Shown: positions 34,226 to 46,649 of the stretch, piece after piece
Numbering within the stretch: position 1 is the first letter of the stretch
Layout: every line of letters begins with the position of its first letter
Origin: Vicugna vicugna
Lineage: Eukaryota
Assembly: GCA_013265495.1 (NCBI GenBank)
Contig: MU058844.1
Span: forward strand, 12,236,184-12,296,183
DNA: 60,000 nucleotides
Direction: 5' to 3'
Made by a program: the position numbers and the translations under genes
Notes under the pieces: generated by a model
What the model saw: only the letters and a program-made list of their open reading frames with translations
What the model was told of the DNA's origin: nothing
The model's database searches: none

Positions 34226-36318
34226 AAGGAAAAAAGTATAACTATTTGTGTGCCAATCTTGCACTGGGTGCTTTTACTTACATGAACTGTTTTAAGGAGA
34301 AAAGTTCAGCAGTGTCCCTGGATGTGGTGACCAGAGAATTCTGACAGGGCAAGAACAGAGCAACATGAAGTGAGGACTCAGGGGATCAGTGGGGTCAAGC
34401 TGGATTCTCTCCTAATCAAGATGGAACAATCTCTACTTGCTTGGAATCAGGGAGGAAGAAACCCATAGGGAGAGAGACTGGAGGGGTTACGGTCAAAGCT
34501 AAAGACTGCAATGGTCTATGCTGAACAGTTGAAGTTTTAGCATTAATTAGCAATAATGAGCAATTTTATATTCTCTATCAAAGCGTTAATTTTGTTTAAT
34601 TATGCATGGAATGAGTCTGTTTCTGTATCGGCTCTCCTTGTCTCCCTGCCCTTTGCTTTTATGGCTTTGCATTTTTAAAAACAAAGTCTTTTCCATTTCA
34701 CTATACCCTTGTGAACAGTTAACTAGTTTTATCAAGAAATATACATTTTGAGTAATCAGCCTAATTGTTGACCCAATCATACATTTATAAATTATTAAAA
34801 AAAATTCACCAGGGAATTTCAAATCATCCCTAAAAATCAACCAGATGTTGCTCACATAGTTTATTGTAATAAATTGTTTAAGCTTTTAACTCATAGCAGT
34901 GACACTCCTGCTTCCTTCAAATTGTCTTGCCTCATTAGACATTGGATGTATTCTCAAAATTGCATAAATGTATCTGTGAAGCAGGATAACTACCAAAAAG
35001 GAATTTCCTCATTTCTTGTGTTACTGGGATCTTCCAAATACCAAGTATTATCATGCAATATTCTAAACTGGTGGTTTATTTCCTGTATTTAGAGCAATAT
35101 AATCTTATCTAAACCAAACGACAAGTACCTTCCAGTGCCCGTCAGTCCTCTGAGCACTAGCAACCCAGTTCTCCAGGACTGAGAACCAGTCTCAGCTGCA
35201 TTAGCTGTTCCCTTGGCATCCCTTGGCTAACCTCCCGTGCCTAAATGTCCCTTGGGCAGGATAAAATTTCAGTGTGATAGGATATCATTTTTCTCTTACG
35301 ATTAAATCCTATCCTAGACATGCAGCTACGAAAGCAACTTCATCTCTTGCCCAACAGCTAGCCACTTATGGGTGATGATTACTAAGTACAGTTACTTCCC
35401 CAGAAATAAGAAACAGAGATTGAAATGAATCACACATGGGTATCTCCCTACTGACACACAAGGAGGTTAAGTGGGCTGAAAAGAAAAAAAAAAAAGAAAA
35501 GAAATAGCTATTGATTTCACCACATCAAATAGAAAGCAGAGCAAAATTCAGTCATCAAGAACCACAAACCAATCTAGTCTTTGTTAGACAAAAGAACTAA
35601 AAATAATTGAAAATAATAAAATTATTCAAACAGCGTCAATAAAGATATATTACATTTAAATTCAAGCTGACTTCCCTGAAATAAAAAAGGTGAAAATGCA
35701 AGTGAAGTAATAATCGTCACAGTATTTTAAAAGAAATAACCTATGGCTATTTCATGGGCTTGTTGAAAGACTCTCATGAGCTGTTGATGTATGTGAAGCT
35801 ACTTAGAAAATTATAAAAGCGTTAAATAAATGTTATTCTGAGCATTCGAAAATGCAAGATATAATTATTAAACGGTCGTTGCTACAAGCCCCAGCTGAGC
35901 ATAGGCCAGCTGCCAAATCCACAGTTGCCAAATCCACTCTAAATAAATGTTAAAATGTTTAGAGGTGCTTACACTGATATTCATAAGGTTTACGTGTAAA
36001 ATTGATTCCAGAAATCTGCTGGTCAATGCTTAAGGATAAGCAGATGTCAATTGTGGAACATTACTATTTAGAAGCTGGTAAACCTAGACATTTTCTAGGA
36101 ATACAAATTTCAGAGGTAAAATTTTTTCTTCTTGTCATTGCAAAATTATTCACCAAATGTCACGCAAAGTCTAAAAAAAAAAATGAAAAAGAAAACCCTT
36201 TGTTACAATCTCCCTATTATGTCTCTCCTGAAGTATTAATGTCAAATAATTATAAGATTCTTTTGTATTCTTCTTCAGTAACACAAATTATAGGCAAAGA
36301 CTTCAAAATACTCTAAAG

Positions 36319-36487
36319 TAGTGCTTCTCAAATTTAATGTGCATACAGATCACCGAGGGATCTTGTCAAAATGCAGATCCTGATTCAGTAAGTCTGGGCT
36401 GGGGCCTGAGGACCTGAGATTCTGCGTTTCCAATAAGCTCTCAAGTAATGTCAGTGCAGCTGGTCCAGGGCCACGCTTCAAGTCTAA
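36319..36487. mobile_element. hAT-Charlie MER5A1-like
   Basis: 'tagtgcttctcaaatttaatgtgcatacagatcacc..ggatcttgtcaaaatgcagatcctgattcagtaagtctggg'. Confidence 0.85.
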
Positions 36488-36509
36488 AAAAAGTATCAAG
36501 GTTGGGTGT

Positions 36510-36993
36510 TGTATTAGTCACGGTTCCACAAAGGAACAGAATCATCCTATCCTGTACATAAATGAGAGAGGGAGAGAGAATGATTGATTGTAAGGAATTG
36601 ATTCACACAATTATAGAGGCTAAGAAGTTGGGTCTTCAGTTGCAAGCTGGAGACCTGGGAGAACCAATGGTGTGGTTCCAGTCCAAAAGCCTGCAGGCTT
36701 GAGACCCAAGAAGAGCCAACATTTCAGTTCGAGTCCAAAATCAGGAAATGACTGATGCACCAGCTCCAGCAGAAAGTACCCTCCTCGTACTAGAAGGAAG
36801 GTCAGGCTTTTCATTCTAGACCTTCAGCTGACTAGATGAGGGTCACCCTCACTAGGAGAGGCAATCTGCTTTACTCACATCCCAAAGTCAGACATTCAAA
36901 AACATTCTCACAGACACATCCGGAATAATGTCTGACCAACTAGCTGGCCATCCCATGGCCCAGTCAAGTGGACACATAAGATCAGTCATTTCA
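36510..36993 (-). mobile_element. ERVL solo LTR, MLT2B-like
   Basis: 'tgtattagtcacggttc', 'gcaagctggagacctgggagaacc', 'ggcaatctgctttactca', 'ggcccagtcaagtggacacataa'. Confidence 0.88.
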
Positions 36994-37229
36994 AGGGCTG
37001 TTACTACTCTAACATATACGTTCTTTGTTTCAATCAAGTATTGATAATCTAAAATAATTCCAGAGAACTTATTTCAAAACCCTAATTTTCTTATAAGTTA
37101 AGGAGACAAGTAGCATAGATTGAGTGTGTTTCCTGCAACAAAAATAACCCTTTTTATTGAAAGAAGGTGACATTTATCTCAAAAATGCAATTTTTAAAGT
37201 TAAGATTGGCCTATATTGCATGTCTTTAT

Positions 37230-38228
37230 CAAAACTGTGTTATGAACTAGTATGAAAAGTACAAAGTTAAGTCATCCAAAGCATGATAAGTTTTACAGGC
37301 AAAGAGAAGTGTTACTATAAAATGTAAATGAAAATTAAACCACTTTCTCTACTGCACAACTGCTTAGAGTCTTTAATATGCTAATTATTAGCATCTCTAG
37401 ATACTAGTGGGTAGACCTATATATCCTTCTGTGTATGCCAAGAGGGAAATATATCCAATTTCATTGAATCTAAAATGCCACCTAATGTTAAGACATATCA
37501 TTTTAAGTACCACTAAATAGGAAATAATGACATCAGTTAAATATGACACAATGTTCTGTGAGTCACTTATGATTTTTTAAATACTTACTGAGTTCTTGTA
37601 GATTGAAAGGTAGATTTAATCATACATCACTCACTTACATATATAAAAAGGAAAATATGAATAAAAGGACACTGATTATAGTATCAACAAAATTTCTTCA
37701 CATTCAGCCTGACCCTTCTAAATCACTTCTCAACTGAGTTTCACTGTCATTTTCCCTCTGTGCCACCTAGAGCACTGACAATGCAGGGTTTCTTGAGTGT
37801 TTCACTATTGTCTCTAGAATATTCTTCGAAGCCACTTACACCTATTCTAGAAGTTTTGATGTTGCCACTTTTTTGATCAGAAGGTGTCAAAGAAGGTTTC
37901 AGAGGCCAGTCAAGGCTTCACGTGGTCTGGAAATGGACTCAAATGTCCAGAGGCTGTCATTTTCCAGTTTGGTACCAGAAGTAAAAGCTAAGCTTGCTCA
38001 TGTGTAGGCAAGGACAGCTACATCACACCTGCTACCAGGCTGACAGCATTTGTAAGATACAGCTTGAATTCAGAGATGTTAAAATTGAAAACACACACAC
38101 ACACTTTATCTCAAAATCAATGGAAATATCGTTATTCCTAAACTTGTTTAACCACAGAAAAATCCCTCACTTTTTAAAGAACTATCTCAAGGAACTAGTG
38201 TTTCATGAATCTTATTTTTGAAAAATAT
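37230..38228 (-). mobile_element. hAT-Charlie MER103C-like element split by a Kanga element
   Basis: Left part 'ttagagtctttaatatgctaat...ccaagagggaaata'; right part 'cctaaacttgtttaaccacagaa...ggaactagtgtttcatg'. Confidence 0.6.
37454..38131 (-). mobile_element. TcMar-Tc2 (Kanga-like) DNA transposon with a degenerate transposase C-terminus
   Basis: TIR-like ends 'atttcattgaatctaa' and 'cagagatgttaaaat...atctcaaaatcaatggaaata'. Minus-strand translation of ~37890-37750, with frameshifts, gives LTPS..SKLLE*V*VASKNILETIVKHS/KKPCIVSALGGTE, which is pogo/Tc2-like. Confidence 0.75.
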
Positions 38229-38552
38229 TCCCTTAATGTATTCCTTCTCTACACCGCGTTACCCTTTGGCATAAGCTGATTTAAATGACTTATTTTTTCT
38301 TAGTTTATAACTCTTCTGAACAAGAGACTATGCCCATTTCTTCTCCTCTCTGCCCTCCCCACAGGGTCTAGGACATCTTTCATTACACTTTAGATGGTCA
38401 GTAAAAGTTCTTAGATGAAGGGGCAGGACTGAGCATTATAGAAATTTTCCCAGCCTGCTTCCAAAGCAAATGTCATTCTTATGTCTGTGACTAAAACTTT
38501 CTTCCTAAAATGTCTATCAAAGAATTTCTTGCCTTTTAATCTCATATAAATA

Positions 38553-39299
38553 CAGGCATACCTCAGAGATGTTGAGGGTTCGGCTCCAAACCACTGCAAC
38601 AAAGCAAATATCACAATAAAGTGAGTCACATGAGTTTTTTGGTACCTAAGTGCATATAAAAGTCACATATACACTACACAGTAGTCTATTAAGTGTGCAA
38701 TAGCCTTATGTCTAAAAAACTGATATACATACCTTAATTAAAAAATGCTTTATTGAGACACAAATGAACTTATTTACAAAACAGAAACAGTCTCACAGAC
38801 ATAGAAAACAAACTTATGGCTTCCAGGAGGGAAGGAATAAACTGGGAGTTCGAGATTTGCAGATACTAACTATTATATATAAAATAGATAAACAACAAGT
38901 TTCCACTGTACAGCACAGGGAAACATATTCAATATCTTGCAGTAACCTATAATAAAAAAGAATATAAAAATGAATATATGTATGTCCATGTATGCCTGAA
39001 ACATTATGCTGTACGCCAGAAACACACTGTAAACTGACTATGCTTCAATTAAAAAAATGCCAAAAAATGCCTTACTGATAAAAAAAACTGCCAAAATAGC
39101 TACAATTACATAACAAATATAATAATCATGAAAAAGTTTGCAATATTATGAAAATTACCAAACTGTAACACAGAGACAAGAAATAAGCAAATGCTTTTGG
39201 AAACATGGCACTGATAGGCTTGCTAACAGGGTTGCCTGAAACCTTCAATTTTTAAAAAAGCACAATAAATGCAAAGTGCAATATAACGAGGTAAGCCTG
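38553..39299 (-). mobile_element. Second Tigger1 internal-deletion derivative (Tigger1a_Art-like), split by L1
   Basis: TA|caggcatacctcagagat ... ataacgaggtaagcctg|TA terminal inverted repeats. Confidence 0.9.
38757..39061 (+). mobile_element. LINE-1 3' UTR fragment nested in the Tigger1 derivative
   Basis: Same family as 10495-10853; 17-bp TSD aaaaaatgctttattga (38740-38756) / aaaaaatgccttactga (39062-39078) at a TT|AAAA site. Confidence 0.9.
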
Positions 39300-39394
39300 T
39301 ATCTACTTTTCCCAACATTCTTCAGTGATCATTATCATAACCCTATTATAATGGGCCGATGTTTGCAGACACTTCATTGTCGAATAAGGATGAA

Positions 39395-39565
39395 AAAAAT
39401 CTGAGTTCTAATCACAGCCTTGCCATTTGCTGACCAAGCACATTCTTCTTCTAATCTTCAGTTTTCTCCTAAGTCCAAAGAAGATAACACTTGTCCAACT
39501 AGCTTCACAGGGCTGTTTAATAATCATTAGAAAAAAATACAGCAAAAAGCACTCTAAAGGCTACA
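39395..39565 (+). mobile_element. MIR SINE fragment
   Basis: 'ctgagttctaatcacagccttgccatttgct...cttcagttttctc...tcacagggctgtt'. Confidence 0.6.
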
Positions 39566-39949
39566 TAGTGCTATCTCTGCTTTTATTATACACATTAAAA
39601 TTCTGTTCAACAGTCGATTTGGCTTCAGCTTTGTTATTCATCTGACATAAACTATAAGCCCCCCAGAGAAACTTTATGAGCACTTCCAGAGTATCCTTGC
39701 CACCGAAAAATATCATTAAATAGTAATAGTCCTGAAATTTCCAAGAACTATTCCATTTCAGATAATAACCATAAATAGATAAAAGTGAGTCCCTTGTGGC
39801 TCAGTGTATCCAGTCATTGTGCACTTCCTGACTATATTAATTAAAAATCAAAGGTTTGCTTTTTTTCACACTAAAGAAATACAGGGATAATAATAATGAA
39901 AGCCTCGACATTACTATGAAAGAACTCAAAGTATAAAATTCTTTGACCG

Positions 39950-40105
39950 ACATTATCTCATTGGAATTTTATAAAGATCTGGCAAGTGTTAGTGTCACCA
40001 TGTTTTACAGATGAGAAAACCAAAAAGCTCCAAGAGGTTTACTGCATGGGGTAAATCATCTTGCTCACAAATTCACCGCAGAGCTAGGGTTTCCAACTCA
40101 CAATG
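39950..40105 (-). mobile_element. MIR SINE fragment
   Basis: 'cattatctcattggaat...ttttacagatgagaaaac'. Confidence 0.6.
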
Positions 40106-40123
40106 TTAGGCTTTCTCATACAT

Positions 40124-40337
40124 TGGGATCTCTCAGCGTCAGCACCATTGACATTGTAGGCAGGATAATTCTTTGTTTGGGGACAGGGGTTGTCCTGTGC
40201 TTTGCAGAATGTTCAGCAGCATCCCTGGCTCTACGTGCTAGACACCAATAGCATCCTTCCCCCAGTTATGACAAAACCATCTTTAGATGTTGCTGAATGT
40301 CTCTTGGGGGCAAGTATCAGCCTCACTTGAGAACCCG
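40124..40337. mobile_element. hAT-Charlie MER20
   Basis: 'cagcaccattgacattgtaggcaggataattctttgt...gaatgttcagcagcatccctggc...cttgagaacc'; perfect 8-bp TSD TCATACAT at 40116-40123 and 40338-40345. Confidence 0.9.
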
Positions 40338-40448
40338 TCATACATCATGCCACCTTTATAGTAGCACTTTCATAACTTTTCAAATAATTCTCACATGCTT
40401 AAGAATATCATTCTAAGTAGAGAACAGTGATAACTTAGAATCAGAGGA

Positions 40449-40881
40449 TGTTAACGTCCTATGTTTGCCATAACAAATTACCACAAACTTGATGGCTTAC
40501 AGCAAGAGATTTATTCTGCAGTTCTGGGGGCCAGAAGTCAGAAATCAAAGTGTTGGCAGAGCCACATTCCCTTTGAAGGCTCAAGAAGAGAATCCTTCCC
40601 GGCCTCACCCAGCTTCTGGCGGCTCCAGGTGTCCCTTGGCTTGTGTCTGCATCACTCCAATCTCTGGCTGCATCTTCACATCGTCCTCTCTGTGTCCTCT
40701 CCTCTTCTGTCTTCTATACAGACACTTGTCATTGGATCTAGGACCCACAAGCGAATCCAGAATGATCTCAAGATCCTTAACTTAATTACATTCCACAAAG
40801 ACCCGTTTTGCAAATAACGTCTTGTTCACAGGTGCCAGGTGGATGTATCTTTTGAGGGGTTACCATTCTACTCACGTCACA
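40449..40881 (-). mobile_element. ERVL-MaLR solo LTR, MLT1B/C-like
   Basis: 'gccataacaaattaccacaaactt', 'cagttctgggggccagaagtc', 'agatccttaacttaattaca'; explains ORFs 40461..40817 and 40489..40785. Confidence 0.88.
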
Positions 40882-41929
40882 GATTACATTTTTTTCCAAG
40901 GAATTTAAAACACTTTCTGGATAATCTATCATCCCATTAATTTTACCAATGCTCTAGAAAAATAGAGAGAGGTAAGAAAATGAGGCACAAAGAGATTAGG
41001 GGCAAATTTGCTAAAGTCAAGGAGTTTACAGACTTACTATAATAATATTCTAGTCCATGTCCAGAGCCTTCCCCATTGAGTCTATCCCAGGATGGTGAGA
41101 GCACGAGTTGAAGCGCATCCTACTTTATGAATCCTATAATTTACAGTTGAGTTCTGGTGGGAAGTTGAAAGCAAAAGAGACCATAGCTGGATTTTCAGAT
41201 TCTTGAGTTTTTTTGTTTTTTGGTTTTTTTACAAAAAAAAAAGTACATTTCTAAAATCAACAAGATTTTCCAGAACCTGATGAAAGAAAATAAACATGGA
41301 ATCCCATTTAATAGAACTGTTTTTCAACACATTATTTCAACCAAAATGGGTAAGTGTCCTTTAAAGTTCATCCCTGTGTGTTGCATGTTAATTTCTTTTA
41401 AAAAAAATCTACAGTTACAGGATCACAAACAGAAATACAGAGCACTAGCTTTCATCGTGCATGATATTAATCACACTCTCATATACTGAGACTGAATTCA
41501 CAAAAAAACTATGAGATCATGCTCACTTAACAGAGTTTGGTCACAGAGTAATGGTCTGCTGATTTCCCCCAAAATATTGCATTTCTTTTTTTTGATACCT
41601 CTGCATTTTCATTCTAAGCAACGCTGACATTTTAACCAGAGTATCCAGTAAGTTATGAATCACCAGCAGACACGAAATGACTCAGTTATAGAATTACAAC
41701 CATGATTTGTATGAAAAGTCTTTTAAAATATAATATATGATAACTGAATAGTCCCTTTCTTGATTTCTCTTGCAATAGTCATATTCTTTCTTCTAAAGTT
41801 TAGCATGAAGATGTCCAGTCACTTACTCATTTTTCTGATCTCTATTTATAACTGTAAGCTGAATTCACCAAAATTACATACTTATTATATCCGTTGCTGC
41901 ATGTCCTAGATTTTATCTGAACATTTTTA

Positions 41930-42170
41930 ATTCATTAAAACATTTTTTATTCACATGGTTTAAAAAAAAAAAAAACAGCAAATAGCGGTATAGGATGCAA
42001 AGTGTAAATTTCTCACCAAGCCCAAGTTTCTGTCCTTGTCCTCTGAAGCAATCAGTGTTGATAGCTTTGAAGGTATTTTTTTCAGAAATATTTTACATAT
42101 ATTCAAGTCTCTTTTTAAAGAAAGCCCTTTTTACTAATGCACAAATCATTCTTACTTAATGATAAGAGTT
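41930..42170 (-). mobile_element. Old L1ME-like fragment
   Basis: 'ttattcacatggttt...gaagcaatcagtgttgatagcttt..gtatt...cagaaatattttacatata'. Confidence 0.4.
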
Positions 42171-42985
42171 CTACGTTTTTGTTTTAGACCATGGTCTCCA
42201 ACAGGATTAACCCTAAACTGCCCCAAATCATCTGAGTGGATTAAACCAAGTCATCAGATTTAGTACGCATCATCTCACAACTTGGAAAAAGAAGATTATT
42301 TTTTAAAATATCTTGTTAATGAATAATCCTCAGCAAGACCTACTCATAATATTCTGTGTACTATAATCAGCTCACTCAAACTTGATCGTATAAGGGGACT
42401 TCTAAATTTTATTCTCAGAGAGAAATAATCTATCTTCTTAAAATCAAATTTCAAGTGACAAACCTCGTGCTTCAAAAAAAAAAAATATCCCCAGGTTTCT
42501 CTATTATATACTCCCAGGGACCACTAAACCCTTATATTTACTTTGATTTTTTTTAAGGGTTGAGCTTGTTAATGGGCTTATCTCTTAAGGAAAAAAATCT
42601 AGAGGCACACAGAAGCCAGATTTAGATTTATGCTAGATCATAATAAAACCACACACTACAAGTACAGAAGCTAACACAGGGCCTGAAAAAAATTAGGCAA
42701 GATTTAAAGCAGGTGGAAGTTTAGCTTCAACCCAATGTCATGAATAGCATAAGAACTATTCTTAAGGTACAGCTTTTCCTTGCCTTTTGCTGCAGATTTA
42801 TTGTAAAAAGGAGGATGAGAGGGCCTAGTGAACATTTTATAATATTGTCAGGGTGTCTGAAGCCTGAGGATTCTGTCATCCCACGCATGGGTGCCCAGCA
42901 GTGATGAGCCAGGGGGTGGGTATCATTAGAAGATGCTGCATGATATTGATTCCCTCCTTCCACCCACACATGCACACAGCACACA

Positions 42986-43461
42986 TGTTTTTAGTCAGAT
43001 CCTTCAAGAAGCAGACACCGAGACAGAATGACATATTTAAGAAATTTATTAGGGACCCACTTGTGAGAGAAAATGAGGAGAGGGTGGGAGGGCAGTAAAG
43101 CATTGATTCTGGTCTGAGTGGAGAGAACAGGGGGAGAAGGAAGGGAGGAGGGTTGGACATGTCTGACTCTGCAGTACATTCTAGGGAAAGTGTGGCAGGG
43201 CCATGGTGGGTGGGGGAATATAGGAGGTAGGTAGGAAGGGCCTCAAGCAAGAGCTACCTGTCAGAGGAGTCCCACCTGTCCCAAGGATAGGCTCGCCTTA
43301 GTATCCCAGGAGTGCTCAGTCATTGACTGAGAGCAGCCTATGGGAGGCGTGGCCTCAGCACAACTTGGTGATGAATTTCAGAGCTCCGCATCTGGGACCC
43401 TCTGTCAGTTATGCTCCCTGTAACTGACGATCCAAGCAGCTCGTTCTCCTGGCGGACATGC
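42986..43461 (-). mobile_element. ERVL solo LTR, LTR16C-like
   Basis: 'gaagcagacaccgagacag...aaatttattaggga', 'tgtcagaggagtccca', 'gctcagtcattgactgagagcagcc...gcgtggcctcagc'. Confidence 0.8.
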
Positions 43462-43739
43462 ACCATCTCAAATAAGACCCATCACTCCAAACATATCTTA
43501 GGCTGGTCTTTAGAATCACTCACTTAGAGAATTAAACATTTTTGTTTTCAGAATTTTAGCGTGACTCTCCAACTCCAAGATTGCTCTCCACAAAAATGTT
43601 TCCAATTCTAAACTCTCCCTGGGTCAACAAAACAATTAGCAATAAACTCATCTACACTAAGACAGGAATAATCACTATGTTTCCTGCTTAATTCTTCTTT
43701 AACTTGCCAAGTTGAACGCATCTTTAACTGGTGGACATA

Positions 43740-44320
43740 GGTAAACTTTACCTACATAAAGTACGTTATATAAAATACACAGGTCTTAAGTGCAAAATTT
43801 GAGGAGTTCTGATATTATATACACTCATGTAATCACCACTCTACTCGAGATTTAGACCCCAATAGAAACTTTCCACATGTCACCTTCCAATCAATTCTAA
43901 CCTGCCCATAAACAGCCACTGTTCTAATTTCTATCACCAGAGGTTAGTTTGACTGGTTTTTTAAGTCTGTATAGTCACATAATATATACTTTTTTGCGTC
44001 AGCTTTTATCCACTTTGCATAACATTTTTGAGATTTATCCATGTTGTTGCATATGCACACAGCTGTTCATTCTCTTTTTTATTGCTGAGTAGTATTCCAT
44101 CACATGGTTATACCACAGTTTGCTTATCTATTCACTTGTTGATAGACATTTGTGTTGTTTCCAATTTGGGGCTAATATGAATAAAACTGCTCTGAATATT
44201 CATGTAGAAATTTTTGTGTGGACATATGTTTTTGTTTTGGGGTCAGTCTGAGATATAAGGTAGATGTATATTTACTTTCTAAGAAGAGTTTTCCAATGTC
44301 TGTATCATTTTATACTCCAT
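43740..44320 (-). mobile_element. L1MB/ME-type LINE-1 3' region
   Basis: 'tttttgagatttatccatgttgttgcat', 'ttattgctgagtagtattccat', 'gatagacatttgtgttgtttccaatttgggg'. Confidence 0.88.
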
Positions 44321-44482
44321 AACTTGTGGAGTTTTTTAAAATACTGGATGATACTTTAGGCCTTCTCGCAAATCACAACACTCAAATAACTTCAGCTAAA
44401 TAAAAGATTAACACTGTCAGGGTCAAGAGAAAGAAATAATTTATATATCTCTTTCTTTTAGTGAAAGTATACTGATGCTCTA

Positions 44483-44600
44483 ACACTCCATTCTACTGAT
44501 GAGAAAAACAGACTTCAGGGAATAGTAAAAGCTTGCCCAAAGTCAAACAGCTGGTTAGTTCAATCAGGATTCGAACACAGCTCAGCCCCTTCTACAGCAA
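44483..44600 (-). mobile_element. MIR SINE fragment
   Basis: 'ccattctactgatgagaaaaacagac...cttgcccaaagtcaaacagctggttag...ggattcgaacacag'. Confidence 0.7.
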
Positions 44601-46649
44601 AAGCAATGGCCTTTCCCCCAAACAAACTTCTAAAGCATAGCACTGGAGAAACCCTAGTTTTAGCCAAAGGCCAGAAGCTAAAAGAGGAGAGGCTTGAAAC
44701 GCAGTGCCAATCTCTTCTCTACTTACTAAAGAAAGAAGAGTGAGAGACCACCAGCTCTTCCTCATCAACCCTGCCCCAGTCTATTCTTCGTTTCATCCCC
44801 TGTTTTAGAAACAGAGGGGATTTGTAAGGGGCCTTCTGTCCACCTTGTTTGTTTTTCCCTCTTCCCTAATCTGACCCTAAGAAATTGTCATTGTTATTAC
44901 CAATTCAAAGATAAGAAAACAGAGGCTCTGTTTACATAATTCATCTATACAAATTACAGATTAGTGTGTCTACACACTATAGGTTAGTGTGTCCTTCTTA
45001 TTCATTAGTTTCTGGCTTCTTGAAAACAGCCTCACTGCCAAGCATTGTATAGACTAAAAGCCAGGCAGACAGTGGAAGGGGCATCAACAAATGAATGGAT
45101 CACAAACAAGTTTTTCTGGCTTCAAGTTCAGAAGTCTTTTCTTTAGGCAGTGTATGCTAAAACCTTATTTACCTCAAATTTTAAGAACAGAAGACTGAAT
45201 GAGATGACCTCTGGGATTTTATTCAATTTAGAAAGACTAGGATTCCATGTATCTGCACTTAATACAAGCCTTATAGGAAAAGAACCAGCATTTTTCTCTG
45301 GCAGCACCTTAATATTTTCAAAGAGAGAGATCTGAGTCATCGAATGCAGGCGGGGCACCTCCTGTGAATAATGAGTAAAACGTCCCACGGGATGAAGCCT
45401 GTCAAGACACTAAGAACCCATCCAAAGGTGACATTGAACACATTTCCCTTCTCAAAAAGCACAAATATCAGATTTCTACTCTTGGTGGGGTGACAGGTTC
45501 TGGAAAAGTCATTTTCATGAAAAATATAGGCAGCTTATTTGCATAAATGATAACAGCATTCTGAGAAAAATAGAATCCAGAAATATAAATTAGAGAACAA
45601 GAGGAAGAGAAAAAAAAACCTATGTGCCATACATATAAATCAATGCTCAAAAATAAATGAAGAAAGACCAATCATCTCTCAGTCATGCATGTAACTCCAG
45701 ACTGTCCCTAACAGTGTCACACTCTTCCCTTTGTTTCTCTGTCAACCCCACTGCCGTGGTGTTCCATGCCACCTGCTTTGTATCAGATTAGGCGTTAGAC
45801 TGGTTAGTTTCACCACGTTGCTGTCCCTGATATCAGCCAAGGGTCCTTTCCTAAGGCAGAAACACTCAAAGAAGTGAAATCCTCCATTGCCTTCACCAAG
45901 TAGAAATCATGCCAATCCTATTCTTCCAATCTATGATTACATGTTCAGTCCAGACGCTTAGGCAACTGATAAAAGTCCTTTTCTTTTTATGTGAAATATC
46001 AAGAAATAATTCATTATTCAATCTATTGCACATGTAGCAACAAAATTTAATCCATGGGTATAGATCACCATGAACAGTAAGCTTCTCTGATATATTTTAC
46101 ATAATTTAATGGAAACTGCAGCTTTCAATCCACTGGGAATATAATATTACCATCTTCAAAGTGTTTTTATAGACACAGCACTCAATCTCCCTTCAAGCTG
46201 AATGATCTTACCCAAGTTGTTACTGAAAAGACCTCAAAGGTCCTTCAAATACGCAATTAATACTTTACGAATAGACTGATATATCTCTGCTTTTGGGAAG
46301 GTTTCATTCTGTACAAATTATAGCTTCATTCTTCAATTCAGAATCCTGTTGTTTCTGAAAAGAGAATGTTTTTGCTCCTGTGGAGAGTAAAATTGATCAT
46401 ATTTTTATGTCTGGGGTAGCTCCTGTGTGGGTACTTCAGTGTATTTTGCCATATGTGATAACAGGAAATACTATAATTTTCTAACAAGTAGTAGCTTGAA
46501 CCAAAAAAACTAAGCCAAGAAGAAATTATATCTTTTTAAATGGACCCTCCACCCCCAATTCCCTTCTTAATTATGTCAATGGCTTTTAATATTATTGAGG
46601 CAAAACAACACTGTCCCTCCATCCTCTGGTACTTCATAATCTCTTAAGT

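Noticed and set aside
35911..35937. Direct repeat tgccaaatccac x2 (similarly tccaaacttaacc x2 at 54146-54177)
   Set aside because: Ordinary short tandem duplications with no further structure.
40461..40817. 118-aa and 98-aa ORFs
   Set aside because: Entirely inside an MLT1B/C LTR.
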